A DNA stretch of 64,000 nt from the NCBI RefSeq assembly GCF_009914755.1, contig NC_060928.1; one strand, given 5' to 3'. The notes beneath the pieces are model-generated. The model was not told where the DNA came from. It worked only from the letters and a program-made list of their open reading frames with translations, and ran no database searches. Position 1 is the first letter of the stretch; every line of letters begins with the position of its first letter. Source of the stretch: the human T2T-CHM13v2.0 reference genome, Homo sapiens. Of this stretch, positions 15,292 to 29,247 are shown piece by piece. The position numbers and the translations under genes were made by a program.

Positions 15292-16425
15292 TGAGTAAAC
15301 TTTTTTTTTTTTTTAAATTAGTAACTTGTTATGTTTTCCACTGGTTTAATCATTCTCTTTCTTTTAATAAAATTGAAGTAAAAATGACTTAGTGTCGTTT
15401 TGTTTCTGCTGTGTTTCTACAGGTCATATTCAGAGTTGACTGAGCACCATAAGTGTTCAGCCGACTTTGATTTTATTTTTATCGCATGCCTCATAAAACT
15501 GATTTAGAAACCTAAAAATGTGTCACTAAAATATTAAATTGTGAACAGTCAGAGCTTATTGAGTTTCCAAAATCTAACAAGAATGGCTGGCTATGAAGGC
15601 AAACAAACATTCTTCAAATGTAGCCAGCCACATTTTAAAAACTATTGGAGGGATCTTGAAGATTCAGAAGTGTATGATTGATACCATGCCAAATTTTCAG
15701 AACCAGTAGTCTGTTTTTGGAAGACTTCTCCTGCATGGATGCCTAGTAATATTCCCATCATAAAGTGGTTTAGCTCCATTTTAAAATTATAGGGGAGGCC
15801 TAGTACATTTGGAGAAAATTTCCATCCATTGGCATTTTTACATTTAATTTCCACACAGGCATCTTTCTTACATTATCTCTGCTTCACAGAATCTTCATCA
15901 CATTTCAACTGTCATCAGAATCCAGTTTTTCTCTTGGCTATATACTTCATCATTTTCCTCTTGCTGTTAATGGGTTGATATGATTGATTGATGGAGCCCC
16001 TATTCTGAGAACATGTTACTCAGACTCAGGGGTATTAGGATGCTTTGAGCTGTATGTCACAGTAGCACCCGAAACCTATGCTGAAGTGCCCACGTTGGAG
16101 GAAAACTAAATCCTAACGGCTTGCAAGAATAAATGCTCATTTTAGATGACCAGTGATTCCAAGGAAAAAAGTTAGATACCCAAAAAATTGAATTCCTCCC
16201 CAGCAATGCCCCTTCACTTAAAGGTCTGGGTTCAAGCAAACGCATCCCACTAGAACCCAGTCCTGAACTTTGAAGTAAATGAACAAATGCTCCTGGATGT
16301 ATGAAGGCCCCAGCAGTAAAGCTGAGCACTTCATAGACTCTCTCTTAGAGCCTGATTGATGCTTACTTAACTTACCAAGAAGGGATTTTATGCTAAGATA
16401 GATCATATTTAAGATACTGGTTCTG

Positions 16426-16641
16426 ACGTGGACACAAGGAGGGGAACATCACACACCGGGGCCTGTCGGGAGGTGGAGAGCTAGGCGAGGAATAGCATTA
16501 AAAGAAACAACTAATGTAGATGATGGGTTGATGGGTGCAGCAAACCACCATAGCACGTGTATACTTATGTAACAAACCTGCACATTCTGCACATGCACCC
16601 CAGAACTTAAAATATAATAATTTAAAACAAAACAAAACAAA
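16426..16641 (+). mobile_element. L1 3'UTR fragment (L1PA8-like)
   Basis: 3'UTR with (CAAAA)n tail. Perfect 15-bp TSD aagatactggttctg at 16411-16425 and 16642-16656, at a TTT/AAGA endonuclease-type site. Confidence 0.92.
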
Positions 16642-16658
16642 AAGATACTGGTTCTGTA

Positions 16659-16746
16659 ACACATCTGCTGTGAGACCATGGGAAAATTTCCTGACTTCTG
16701 TCACACATCTGCTGTGAGACCATGGGAAAATTTCCTGACTTCTGTC
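16659..16746. repeat. Perfect 44-bp tandem duplication
   Basis: acacatctgctgtgagaccatgggaaaatttcctgacttctgtc occurs twice in tandem. Confidence 0.95.
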
Positions 16747-17019
16747 AATTTTGTTTTCCTTTTCTGTGATGGGATAAACACACCTATTCCTAGAATTGTT
16801 ACAGGCTGGATCTGATATAATAACCTTCTGATAGTAATTTACTGATCACTTGAAACAAAGGTTCAGTGTATATTAAATATGTGTTTTTACATATTTTTCA
16901 TTGGCCAAGCATATTTACTGGTAAGCATGTTTGTTTTCTTCTGTCTAGTTCAGATACCATGAAAGTATGATAAGATTCCTTCAGGAAGGCTCAGGTGACG
17001 ATTGGGATAACCACATGTT

Positions 17020-17495
17020 CCAGGTGTCCTTTGTGTAACAAATTACCCTCAAAGTTGGCATATTAAAACAGCAAACATTGATCTCACAGTTCTTGTGGGT
17101 CAGGACTTTGCGAGTGGCTTAGCTGGGTGCTTCTGGCCCAGCATTGCTCATGAGTTTGTAGTCAAGGTATAGGCTAGAGCCACAGTCATCTGAAGGTCTG
17201 TCAGGCCTGGGAGATCTGCTGCCATCATGGCTCATGCACAAGACTGTTGGCGGGAGGCCTCACTTTCCTGCCATGCAGGTTTCTCCAGAGGGAGACAGTG
17301 ACATGGCTCCTGGCTTATCCAGAGTTAATGATCCAATAGAAAAAGAGAGAGAGAAAAAGCAACCAGAATAAATACTGCAGCACTTTTTTAACCCCAACCT
17401 TAGAAATGGCATAGCATCATGATTGCCATAGCCTGGTGTGATATGGGAGGAGAGTATAGGAAAGGGTGAATACCAGGAGGTGGGGATACTTGTAA
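17020..17495 (-). mobile_element. Old MaLR LTR (MLT1G/H-like)
   Basis: tgtgtaacaaattaccc..atctcacagttc..gtgggtcagga..ggcttagctgggtg..gtgaataccaggaggtgggga motifs. Boundaries approximate. Confidence 0.75.
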
Positions 17496-19321
17496 GCAGC
17501 TAGCATTTATATAACATCTCTCAAGTTATAAAGTGCTTTTCACAAATAAAACAACTCTAATGAAGCAAGAAACCAGACAGTCGAAATTACCCGCCTACGG
17601 CCACAGTTATCAACAGTATATACTCAAAATGACTCAAAAGTGTTATTTTCCATTACATTCTTTATATCTTCTTGGTTCTCTTAGTTGATCAGGATATACT
17701 GTCTTCTATTTTGACACTAAGTAGCTTCATCTTGATTAAGTTCTAATAGTTAAGGTATTAATTTTCATTTAAAATAAAATACAGTGCTTAATTATGATGG
17801 CAGAAAGTTAATTTAAATAAATTATAACAATAAGAATAAAATATTTTATTTTAGAATGGCATATTTAAAAAATAAACCCTCCACTAACATAATATTGGGC
17901 TTTATTCCAAATCCCACTTTCTAGAAATTTAATTTACACTTTTCTGAAAATAAATATAAAAACCAGTGGAAATGAGGTGTTACCTGATTTTCTATCTGTA
18001 AAGATGCAATTATAACTTTGAATCAACTATACTACCGTACTATACAGACTTGAACTAGCTAGTGGTGGTGGGTAATGAACTATGCTCCTGTGTTATTCCA
18101 AGTAAACAGCCAACTTTAAGCAATTTTTTTAAAAAACAGCTGATTTCAGGATAAGTATTAAACAACAGTACCTTACTTCATCACTTCCATATGACTGACT
18201 TGTAGTCAGCGTTACTGAAGAACTAAAGCTTAATTGTCAGTTAATTGACACATTATTGTACATGTTTCTATATGTGATTTAAAAAATCCTAACTCATTTT
18301 AGATGCAAAGAAACCAGCACATAGTCTCATGCCTTGCAGGGAGTGTTTGAAAACAAAAATGAAGATAAACAATGTCTTATCAGAAAACTCAATCTTCTAA
18401 ATGCGTTAGCTTTAAAAATGTTAAAAACAGATTTAGAGAGGAGAATATTAATGACTTGTCAGCAGAGTTAAAGTGATACTTATAGCTCTTTGCTATATGT
18501 ATTGAATTTGTGTCTAGTCTAATTTTTTTCTTAGAGTAATAACCAGAAACTGAGCTCTCATGAACATTGAACATGGAAGATCACAGATCAGGCAAGATTG
18601 TGGTGTGTGTATGTGTGCACACACACCCATGTACATTTCTACCTTATATACAGGATCATTGGTGTGGGCTTTCTCTACGTCTAATCCAAATAAGCTTTTT
18701 GCAGGGTTAAACTGATCTGAATACTTCTTTGTGAAAGTAACTTTAAAGAGGTAATAGTGTATGGCGATTATTTGGGCAATTTAGCCCATAATGGCTACAA
18801 GTGGGTTATGTTCCTTAATTGCTTTGAATATTACATCTTGAAGACAGCAGTGTTTTCACTTTTACAAGTTATCTTAGAAAGTCTGAGATGCAGTATACTT
18901 AGCTCTTCCCAACTGTAACCTCTCTCATTGTGCCTTTGAGAAATGAAGCTCAGATTGAGTGTCCTTACCCAACAAATCAAGAAGTAGAACTTGTTCCCTT
19001 GTTCTTATTTTGGGAATTTTAATCCTATATCATACCACTTTCATCTCCAGATACAACAGCCTTGGCAGTATCTAGAGGAGTGTTTCCATACCTCAATCAT
19101 CTGTGGATCCCATTCATGGTTGAACAGTACCTGTATTTTACCTAGTATTCCTGTGTGAGTTTTGCCACACCTGAGTAACCTTTGGGTCAGTATTTTAAAA
19201 ATAAATTAGTTTTAGTGAAATAAATTTATTTTAAATCAAATATCTAATTCTTATAAAATTACTGTTTTTCATAAATGGAAGATGCCCATAAAAATCTCCT
19301 GTAAACAAAATCTGGGTTTTT

Positions 19322-19950
19322 GTCTGCACTCCTATGCTTATTGCAGCACTACTTACAATAGCTAAGATTTGGAAGCAACCTAATTGTCCATCAACAGATG
19401 AATGGATGAAGAAAATGTGGTACACATACACAGTGGAGTACTATCTAGCCATTGAAAAGAATGAGATCCAGTCATTTGTAACATCAATAATGAAACAGAG
19501 ATCATTATGTTAAGTGAAATAAACAAGGCAGAGAAAGACAAATATTGCATATTCTCATTTATTTGTGGGATCTACAAATCAAATCAATTGAACTCATGGA
19601 TATAGAGAGTAGAATGTCGGTTACCAGAGGCTGGAAGGGAGAAGTTGTGGGGGAGGTGAGGATGATTAATGGGTGCAAAAAATAATTAGAAAGAATGAAT
19701 AAGACCTACTATTTGATAGCACAATAGAGTGATTATAGTCAACAATAACTTAATCATATATTTTTAAATAATTTAAAGAATGTAGCTGGATTGTTTGTAA
19801 CTCAAAGGATAAATGCTTGAGGGGATGGACACCCCATTCTCCATGATGTGCTTATTTCACATTGCATGCCTGTATCAAAATATCTTATGTATCTTATAAA
19901 TGTATACACTTACTATGTACTCACCAATTTTTTTATTAAAAGAAAAGAAA
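19322..19950 (+). mobile_element. L1MA2/3-like 3' end
   Basis: ORF2 end followed by 3'UTR ending aaaggataaatgcttgaggggatgga..ccccattctccatgatgtg. Confidence 0.88.
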
Positions 19951-22089
19951 CACCATCAAAAAATAATCTGGGCATTTTCTAAAAATTTCAATTTACCACC
20001 TTGCCTTGCTGAAGGTTGAGTTTCATATGTTTTCTCTTATGAAAAGTAGAGAGTCACATGTTTTAGGGTGTTGATACGGACATATGTGTAGTAACTTGAG
20101 GATGTCCATTGAGGCCATCAAAAGCCTGAAAGAAAACATGAAAGGGACTGCTTCCATATTACATGATCCAACTACTTTTCAATGCCAAGTTTCAGTGTCA
20201 TGTAAAATCAGCTTACTTCTACCAATATATGTATCATATACCTGGAGGACTTGTGATCTAGTCTCTAGCAGAAAGAGAATGGGATTTTAGCCCAAGAACA
20301 GGGTCCTAGCTTGAGCACGACCACTAAGCTGTTCAGTAAATCTGGTCTGACAACAATTATATACTGAGAAAACCATATGGAGCATAAAGAAACGCAATAA
20401 ACTTGGTCTCCTTAGGTCTCAGGTTTCTCTGAAAAATGATGGGACTAGGGTGGAGCGTCACTGTGTCCCTTTCTAGAGTATGACTGCCTTCACCAGCTGT
20501 TTTTATTATCAACATTTTTGAAACTTTTACATTTTACTTCCCACAGTCAGAGAACTTCTAAAGCCCCAAAGGACTGCCACCTCACGTTTAACAAAGATAA
20601 ATTAGAAAATATGAAATGAATGCTATCATCTTCCTAACATGATAACCTCAATATAAACTTAAGAGTGACATTTCCAAAGTCAAATCATAATCTGGATAAG
20701 TTGTCCTCAAGTCTTGTCAAAAGACGACTCTTCCCTTGGAAATCCTAGTGAAGGTACCCAATTGCCTCTCCATTCTTGTTAAAGAATGATTATTTTTAGA
20801 TGAACAGGAGATCCTACTTTCCTCCCATTGCAGCAGAGATATTTCACACTTTTTCAACTAGTCCAAATTCAAAATGGTTATTCCTTAAAGATTCTGTCAC
20901 CAGAAATATACTCATTCAAGGAACTTTGTACTCTGTCATATGTGAATAAATCAGCTTCATGTTCCAGGTCTATTTTATGCTATGTAACTTTTTTGTAGAC
21001 AACATTAATGAGATTTTAGTCTATCCTGTTATTCCTATATTGGAGTGTTTTGTGTTTTGACTTACTTATCATAGCTTGTATTTACAAAGATGGGACTCAG
21101 TAAAGTTGGAAAATATATGTTATGAAGCAAATTTATATAACTGGACATAACCCATGAAATACTGAGTATGTCTTTAAATATATCAGATAAAATTACATAA
21201 TTAATACTGCAATCACATTTTATGAAATAAAGGTTTTTTAAAGGAAAGAGCAAAAATATCTCTAAGAGTTATAACTGAGATTGTCTTTTTCATCCATCAA
21301 TCTTCTAAAGTATATGTTCCAGAAAAAAAAAAAAACATGGTGCACTAAATCTTAGCAAAGATAATGGATTTCTACAGAAGTACCTTAAGATCAGAGATAT
21401 AGATTATGAAAGCAGTCCATTAAAAAAACAGAAATGCCAAGTTAGACATTTTGGCTTTTACAAATAAATGTGAATTACATAAGTTAAAATCCAGATTCTG
21501 AGTCCCTCAGACCACTTAGGGATTACTGACAGTCTTCTTTTGAGTTCTTATTTTCAATATTACACATCCAAAGGCTTAACTTGTAAAAGGCATCTGGCCT
21601 GATTCACTTGAAGAATTCTATTTTAATTCAAAGGGTATATAATTAGAATACTAGTATTCTAGCACTTCAAGATATTTTTAAAGTTGTTTGAAAACTGCTA
21701 TATTATCACAGAAGGTTCCTCACTGGCACAGAAAATGGAAAAGTTGCTCAATGTGTTCAGGATGCTCTTGAAGCTACCTCTTTATTGCTTTCCTCTCTTC
21801 ATTTCCAGGCCATCAGTACCTCTTGAATCTACCATCACTGCCAGTTCCCTGCAGCCATCTGCTGCCAATAGGGTTTCCTAAAGCATTGCTGCAATGGTGG
21901 AGCCTCTCCACTCAAAGGCCTGTAGGGCATCCTGTTCCACTGGTATGCATGCCAATGCCATGACCCCTCCCTGATCCATATTTCCAATCATTTCTTTCAC
22001 TCTGCCATATCAGCAATGCTTTCTAACTCCCACTGCAGCCTCCACTGCTACCACCCTAGTCACAGCCACCACTCTTCCCACTGTTGGTA

Positions 22090-22387
22090 TTCTTTTGTTT
22101 TTTGAGATGGAGTCTCACTCTGTCACCCAGGCTGGAGTGCAGCGGCACGATGTTGGCTCACTGCAACCTCCTCCTCCTGAGTTCAAGTGATTCTTGTGTC
22201 TCAGCTTCCCAAGAAGCTGGGACTACAGCCATGAGTCACCACACCTGGCTAATTATTTTGTATTTTTAGTAGAGACGGGGTTTCGCCATGTTGACCAGCC
22301 TGGTCTTGAACTCCTGACCTCAGGTGATCTGCCTGCCTCGGCGTCCCAAAGTGCTGGGACTACAGGCGTGAGCCACTGCGCCTGGCC
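22090..22387 (-). mobile_element. Alu (AluSx/Sz-like)
   Basis: Full dimer. TSD ccactgtt at 22078-22085 and 22388-22395. Confidence 0.95.
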
Positions 22388-22416
22388 CCACTGTTTCTAT
22401 TCTTGACCCTCCATAG

Positions 22417-22771
22417 TATGGGCCAGAGAACTTACTCTGTGAAGGGTCAGATGGTAAGTATTGCAGGCTTTGTGGGCCAGACAGTTTCTGTTACAACTAC
22501 TCAACACTACCATTATAATGCAAAAGAAGCCATAGGCAATATATACATGAATGAGCATGGCCATGTTTCATGCAAACTTTATCATTAGACATTACATTTC
22601 AGTTTTATATAATTTCCAAGTGTCATAAAATCTTCTTTTGATTTTTTTTTTTTTTTTTTTTTTTGGTTTCCATCATTTAACAATGCAGAGGCAATTCTTA
22701 GTTAATGGACCATGCAAAAAAACAGCCAATAGACTGGATATAGCCCACAGCCAGTAGTTTGCTGACCTCTG
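22417..22771 (+). mobile_element. MER58B-like hAT-Charlie element
   Basis: ctgtgaagggtcagatggtaagtatt..ggctttgtgggcca..caactactcaa, and terminus gtagtttgctgacctctg. Confidence 0.8.
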
Positions 22772-23133
22772 CTCTACAACTTAATTGTAACTGCTGTGTT
22801 TAGAATGCTGCAGTGGTTCCCCATTCCACTCACGACATGTGCTTAGGTCCTCACCATGGCCTAAAAGGCCTCATATAATCTGTTTCCCTTTGCCTTTCTT
22901 CTGTCTTCTCCATTTACTCCCTGGTTTTCCTCTGTTTCAGCAAACTGACATGCTTTCTGCTTCTTGAACACATGGAACACAGCCTGCCTTGTGACTTCTG
23001 CACTGGCTGGCCTGTCTGCCTGAAATTTGTGTTCCCAGATATTTCTATGTTTCTCTTGCTTGCTTCAAGATTTTGACCAAATGCCATTCTCTGATAGTCT
23101 ATCTTGACTACTCTATTTAAATTTCAACCACAC

Positions 23134-23547
23134 TGTTATGGACGGAATTGTGCCTCCCCATCCCAAACTTGTTTGTTGAAGTCCTAACTCCCAGTACCTC
23201 GGAACGTGACTGTACTTAGAGATAAGATCTTTAAAGGAGTGATTCAGTTAAAATGAGGCCTCTAGGATGGGCCCTAATCCAATCTGACCAATTTCCTTAT
23301 AAGAAGAGAAAATTTAGGCACACAGGGAGATACCAGGAGCACACAAGCACACAGCATAGATGGCATGAAGACATAGTGACAAGGTGGCCATCTGCAAGCC
23401 AAGGAGAAAGGACTCAGAAAAAAATCCAACCTGCTCATACCCTGACTTTGGACTTCTAGCCTCAATTGCTGTGAGAAAACAAATTTCTGTTGTTTAGGCT
23501 ACGTAGTCTGTGATATTTTATAGTGATGGCCCCGTTAAACAAATGCA
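23134..23547 (+). mobile_element. MLT1B-like solo LTR
   Basis: tgttatggacggaattgtg..ca termini. Near TSD cacac/cactc. Confidence 0.88.
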
Positions 23548-25414
23548 CACTCTAACCTCCACAGTCTTCCCAAACCGACTTATCCTATTGTATATTTACC
23601 CAGAGTATTTATCATCTACTGACATGCATTTTAATTTACTGGCTTAGTATGTGTATTATCTGACTCCCCACTACATGAGGCTAAGATCTTTTGTTTATGG
23701 ATGTATCCAAAGTTTGCAGAAGAGGACCTAGCAAAGGATAGGTACTTAATGAATACCTGTTGGATAATTGAATCCTAGCAATGCATTCATCTCTTATATC
23801 CCCTGCCTTTGTTTCTTGGCTCTTCCTGAGAGGTCCAATCCCCAACTCCACACCCATGGCCAGTGAAACCCACCTCAAATATTAACAATGCTAAGAATGT
23901 ATCTCTTGCCACCAACACTCTGTGCTCTTTCTCTTTGGAGTCTAGTAATACACTATCTGTTTTTCTCTTGTGGTGCTTAATACATTCAAGCCTGTATTGA
24001 ATTTTCTATATATACGCATATCTCAGAGATATTGCAGGTTCCATTATAGAACACAGCAATAAAGTGAATATCACATTAAAGTGAGTCATACAAATTTCTT
24101 GGCTTCCCAGTGCACGTAAAAGTTTTGTTTACACTGTACTGTAGTCTATGAAGTGTGTTATTGCATTATGTCTAAAAAATGGACATACCTTAAATTAAAA
24201 TACTCTATTGCTAAAAAATGCTAACTATCATCTGAGCCTTCAGTGAGAAGTAATTTTTTGCTCATGGAGGGTCTTGCCTCTATGCTGACAAATGCTGACT
24301 GATCAGGACGGTGGCTGCTGAAGTTTGAGGTGTCTAGTGTAATTCTTAAATAAGACAACAATGAAGTTTGTCATATTGATTGACTCTTTCATCAAGGACT
24401 TAACTGAAGCATCTGATGCTGTTTGATAACATTTTACCCACAAGATAACTTTTTTCAAAATTAAAGTCAATCCTCTCAAACACTACTGCTGTTTATTGAC
24501 TAAGTTTATGTAACAGTCTAAATTCTTTGTTGTCATTCCAGCATTGTTCACAGCATCTTCATGAGGAGTAGACTCCTTTCAAGAAACCACTTTCTTTACT
24601 CACCCATAAGAAGCAACTCTTCATCCATTTAAGTTTGTTCTTTAGATGGCAGCAATTCAGTCACATCTCCATGATCCATTTCTAATCCTCGTTTTCTTGC
24701 TATTTCCATCACATCTCCAGCAACTTCCTCCACTGAAGGCTTGAACCTCTCAAAGTCACCCATGAATGTTAGAATGAACTTCTCCCAAATGTTGATGTTT
24801 TGACTTCCTGTCATGAATCATGAATGTTCTTAATGGCATCTAGAATGGTGAAACCTTTCCAGAAGGTTTTCAATTTACTTTTCCCAGATCATCAGAGGAA
24901 TCACTATCTATGACAGTTATAGCCTTATGAAAAGTGCTTCTTCAGTAATAAGACTTGGAAGTCAAAATTACTGTTTGATCCATGGGCTGCAGAATGGATG
25001 TTGTGTTAGCAGGCATGAAAATAACATTAATCTCTTTGTCTATCTCCATCAGAGCTCTTGAATGACTAGGCGCATTGTCAATGAGCAGTAACATTTTGAA
25101 AGTAATCATTTTTTCTAAGCAGTAGGTGTCAACACTGGGCTTAAAATATACAGTAAACCATGATATAAACAGACATGATGTCATCCAGGTTTGGTTGTTC
25201 CATTATTGAGCAGAGACAGAGTAGATTTAGCATAATTATTAAGGGCCCTGGGATTTTTACAATGATAAAGAAGCATTTGCTGCAACTTAAAGTCATAAGC
25301 TGCATTAGTCCCTAAAAAGAGAGTCAGTCTCCCCTTTGAAGCTTTGGAGCCAGGCATTGAATTCTTCTCTCTACTTATAAATGTCCTAGATGGCATCTTC
25401 TTCCAATATAAATC

Positions 25415-25828
<414 letters not shown>

Positions 25829-25987
25829 TAAGCTGCTGCGGCTTCTACATCGGCACTTGCTCTTTAACCTTGCACTTTTGTGGTATGGATATGGCTTCTT
25901 CATGAACCAACCTCTGCTAGCTTCAAACTTTCTTCTGCAGCTTCCCTATTTCTCTCAGCATTCATAGAATTGAAGAGAGTTAGAGCC

Positions 25988-26724
25988 TGTATTAGACCAT
26001 TCTTGCATTGCTGTAAAGAAATACCTGAGACTGGATAAATTACAAAGAAAAAAGGTTTCATTGGCTCACCGTTCTGCAGGCTGTACAGGAAGCACAGCAG
26101 CATCTGCTTCTGGGGAGGCCTCAGAAAGCTTCCACTCATGGCAGAAGGCAAAGGGAGCAGACACATGACAGAGCAAAAGCAGAAGTAAGAGAGAGTGAGG
26201 GAGGGGAATGCCACACTTTTTTTTTTATTTTTATTTATTTATTTTTTTTGAGACAGAGCCTCACTCTTTCACCCAGGCTGAAGTGTAGTGGTACGGCCTT
26301 GGCTCATCACAACCTCTGCCTCTTGGGTTCAAGTGATTCACCTACCTCAGCTTACTGAGTGTCTGGGATTATAGGCATGCACTATCATGCCCAGCTAATT
26401 TTTTTTGTAATTTTAGTAGAGACAGGGTTTCACCATGTTAGCCAGGCTGGTCTCGAACTCCTGACCTCAAGTGATTATGTCCATGTCAGCCTTCCAAAGC
26501 GCTGAGATTACCTGCGTGAGCCACCACGCCCAGCCAATGCCATACACTTTCAAATGACCAGCTATTGCAAAAACCCACACACTATTGTGAGAACAGTACC
26601 AAGGGGATGGTGCTAACCCATTCCTGAGAAATCCACCCCATAATCCAATTTTCTCCCACCTCCAACACTGGGGATTGTAACTCGACATAAGATTTGGGCA
26701 GGGACACATATCCAAACTGTATCA
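25988..26724 (-). mobile_element. MSTA-like MaLR LTR inserted in Tigger1
   Basis: tgtattagaccattcttgcattgct..tccaaactgtatca. Near TSD gagcc/gagac. Confidence 0.9.
26217..26535 (-). mobile_element. Alu (AluSx-like) inserted in the MST LTR
   Basis: Full dimer. TSD aatgccacacttt / aatgccatacacttt. Confidence 0.93.
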
Positions 26725-27690
26725 GAGACTTCCTCTGGATTAGGCTTTGGCTTAAGGGGGAGTTGTGGCAGGTTTGATCTTTTACCCGGACCACTAAAAC
26801 ATTCTTTATATCAGCAATAAAGCTGTTTCACTTTCTTACTATTCATGTCTTCACTAGAATAGCAATATTAATTTCCTACTAGAACTTTTCCTTTGCTGTG
26901 ACAACTTAACTAACAGTTTGACATGAGATTTCAGCTATTTTGGCTTTGGACATGCCCTCCTCATTAAGCTTGATTATTTCTAGCTTTTGATTTAAAAGTG
27001 AGAGATGTGTGACTCTTCCTTTCCCTTGAACACTTAGAGGCCATTAAAAAGTTATTAATTGAACTAATTGTAATACTGTTGTATCTCAGGAAATAGGGAG
27101 GCCCAAGGAGAAGAAAAGACATGGGGAATAGCTGGTCAGTGTAGCAGTCAGAACACACACAACATTTATTGATTACGTTCACTGTCTCATATAGGTATGG
27201 TTGGTGGCACTCCAAAACACTTACGATAGTAACCTCAAAGATCATCATAAAAGATATAATGATAATGAAAAACTATGAAATATTGCAACGATCATAATGT
27301 GACTCAGAAACATGAAGTGAACATGTGTTTTTGGAAGAATGGCGCTGATAGTATTGCAAAAGGCAGGGTTGCCATGAAACTTCAATTTGTAAAAAATGCA
27401 GTATCTGAGAAGTGCAATAAAGCAAAGAACAATACGATGAGGCATGCCTGTATGTTTTATATTCTCCACTAAATGTCAAGCTCCTTTATGGTGCAGCTAT
27501 TGCCTCATGCATCTTAAAATCCCTTACCATACCTTCTGAATGTGCCACACATATTAAAGACACAACAGACCTTAGCTGAAATTAGGAAAATTATTACAAT
27601 AAAAACACTTGTTACTGAACAATTACACATTGTGTCAGGCTCTATTTTAAGTCTTCATGTCACTTGCCTTTACTAACAAAAATCTCATGA

Positions 27691-28008
<318 letters not shown>

Positions 28009-28109
28009 TGAAGCCAGATTTTAAGCACAGACCTATTGTTCTACAGATATCAGATATCAGGATCTATAGTATACTGTCTTGCCAGTTAAAAAACAATGCT
28101 TACTTTAAA

Positions 28110-28497
28110 GAAGATCATGTCGTTTGTGGGAACACAGATGAAGCTGGAGGTCATTATCCTTAGCAAACTAACGCAGGAACAGAAAACCAAATACCTGTGG
28201 TGCATACACATTGTCCCAGTTACTCGAGACTGTACGTGTTCTCACTTCTAAGTGGGAGCTAAATGATAAGAATTCATGAACACGAAGAGGGGAACAACAG
28301 ATACTGGGGCCTGCTTGAGGGAGGAGGGTGGGAGGAGGGAGAGGAGCAGAAAAAATAACTATTGGGTACTAGGTTTACTATCTGGCTGCTGAAATTCCAT
28401 AAAACAAACCCTAGTGACACTAGTTTACTTATATAACACATGTACCTCCAAACCTAAAATAAAAGTTAAAAAAAATAAATCTGTAAAGCACATAAAA
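28110..28497 (+). mobile_element. L1PA15-like 3' end
   Basis: ORF2 end and 3'UTR with gagaggagcagaaaaaataactattgggtac. 15-bp TSD aatgcttactttaaa at 28095-28109 and 28498-28512. Confidence 0.88.
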
Positions 28498-29011
28498 AAT
28501 GCTTACTTTAAAATAAAAATACTGCTATCATGTTAAATGAAATAAAAGGAAGCAGCATGTACCTGAATTCTTATGCGTTTTAGAAGCTGGAATGGACTGA
28601 TTTCACATTTCCCATGACTACTTTTCTTATTCTAAATTCTGAGAGGGTAGTCTTTGTGCATTGGTCAAATTGATATACCTACTGAAATTTTAAAATTCAT
28701 ATTTCATAATAAAATTCTTCTCTACATCTTATTTCACTGGTAATACTTGAAGATTTAAAACATAAAATAATAAAATGTATTAAATATGGTTGTCTTTCCT
28801 AAAACTAGGACTTTAACATCTACGCAAATCTGTTATGCTTTTATAATATTTCATAAATAATTTAAAGAATGAGTAGGTTGTTAATATTGGCTTGTGAAGT
28901 AACTAATTTCTACATGTTATTGTAGTTTAAAAATTTTTTTACTATACTTTATATCCTAGGAAAAAGCCAAGATTAATAGTTAATCTTATTTTTGGTGAAA
29001 AAAACAAACTT

Positions 29012-29247
29012 TTTAAAATTATTATTATACTTTAAGTTCTAGGGTACATGTGCACAACGTGCAGGTTTGTTACATATGTATACATGTGCCATGTTGGTGT
29101 GCTGCACCCATTAACTCGTCATTTACATTAGGTATATCTGCTAATGCTATCCCTCCCCTCTCCCCCGACCCCATGACAGGCCCCAGTGTGTGATGTTCCC
29201 CACCCTGTGTCCACTATGTTCTCACTCATAGGTGGGAATTGAACAAT
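29012..29247 (-). mobile_element. L1PA5-like 3' end with 5' inversion
   Basis: Minus-strand 3'UTR at 29012-29213, then a plus-strand L1 piece at 29216-29247. TSD aaaaacaaactt at 29000-29011 and 29248-29259. Confidence 0.92.

Larger units (their letters stand above)
21990..23772 (+). mobile_element. Fragmented L2 hosting an Alu, a MER58 and an MLT1
   Basis: ccactgctaccaccctagtc..gccacc and 3' terminus taggtacttaatgaatacctgttggataattgaat. Strongly diverged. Confidence 0.6.

Noticed and set aside
15395-15470. Plus-strand acceptor-like site (tgtgtttctacag|gtc), and a similar one near 38097
   Set aside because: No convincing donor or ORF. An antisense lncRNA exon cannot be supported without RNA data.
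16659-16746. CRISPR-like or other prokaryotic repeat system
   Set aside because: Two adjacent copies with no spacers. The whole window is primate intronic DNA.
24629-25396. Transposase-like ORFs as a TIGD gene
   Set aside because: Frameshifted fragments of a Tigger1 fossil interrupted by an Alu and an LTR.
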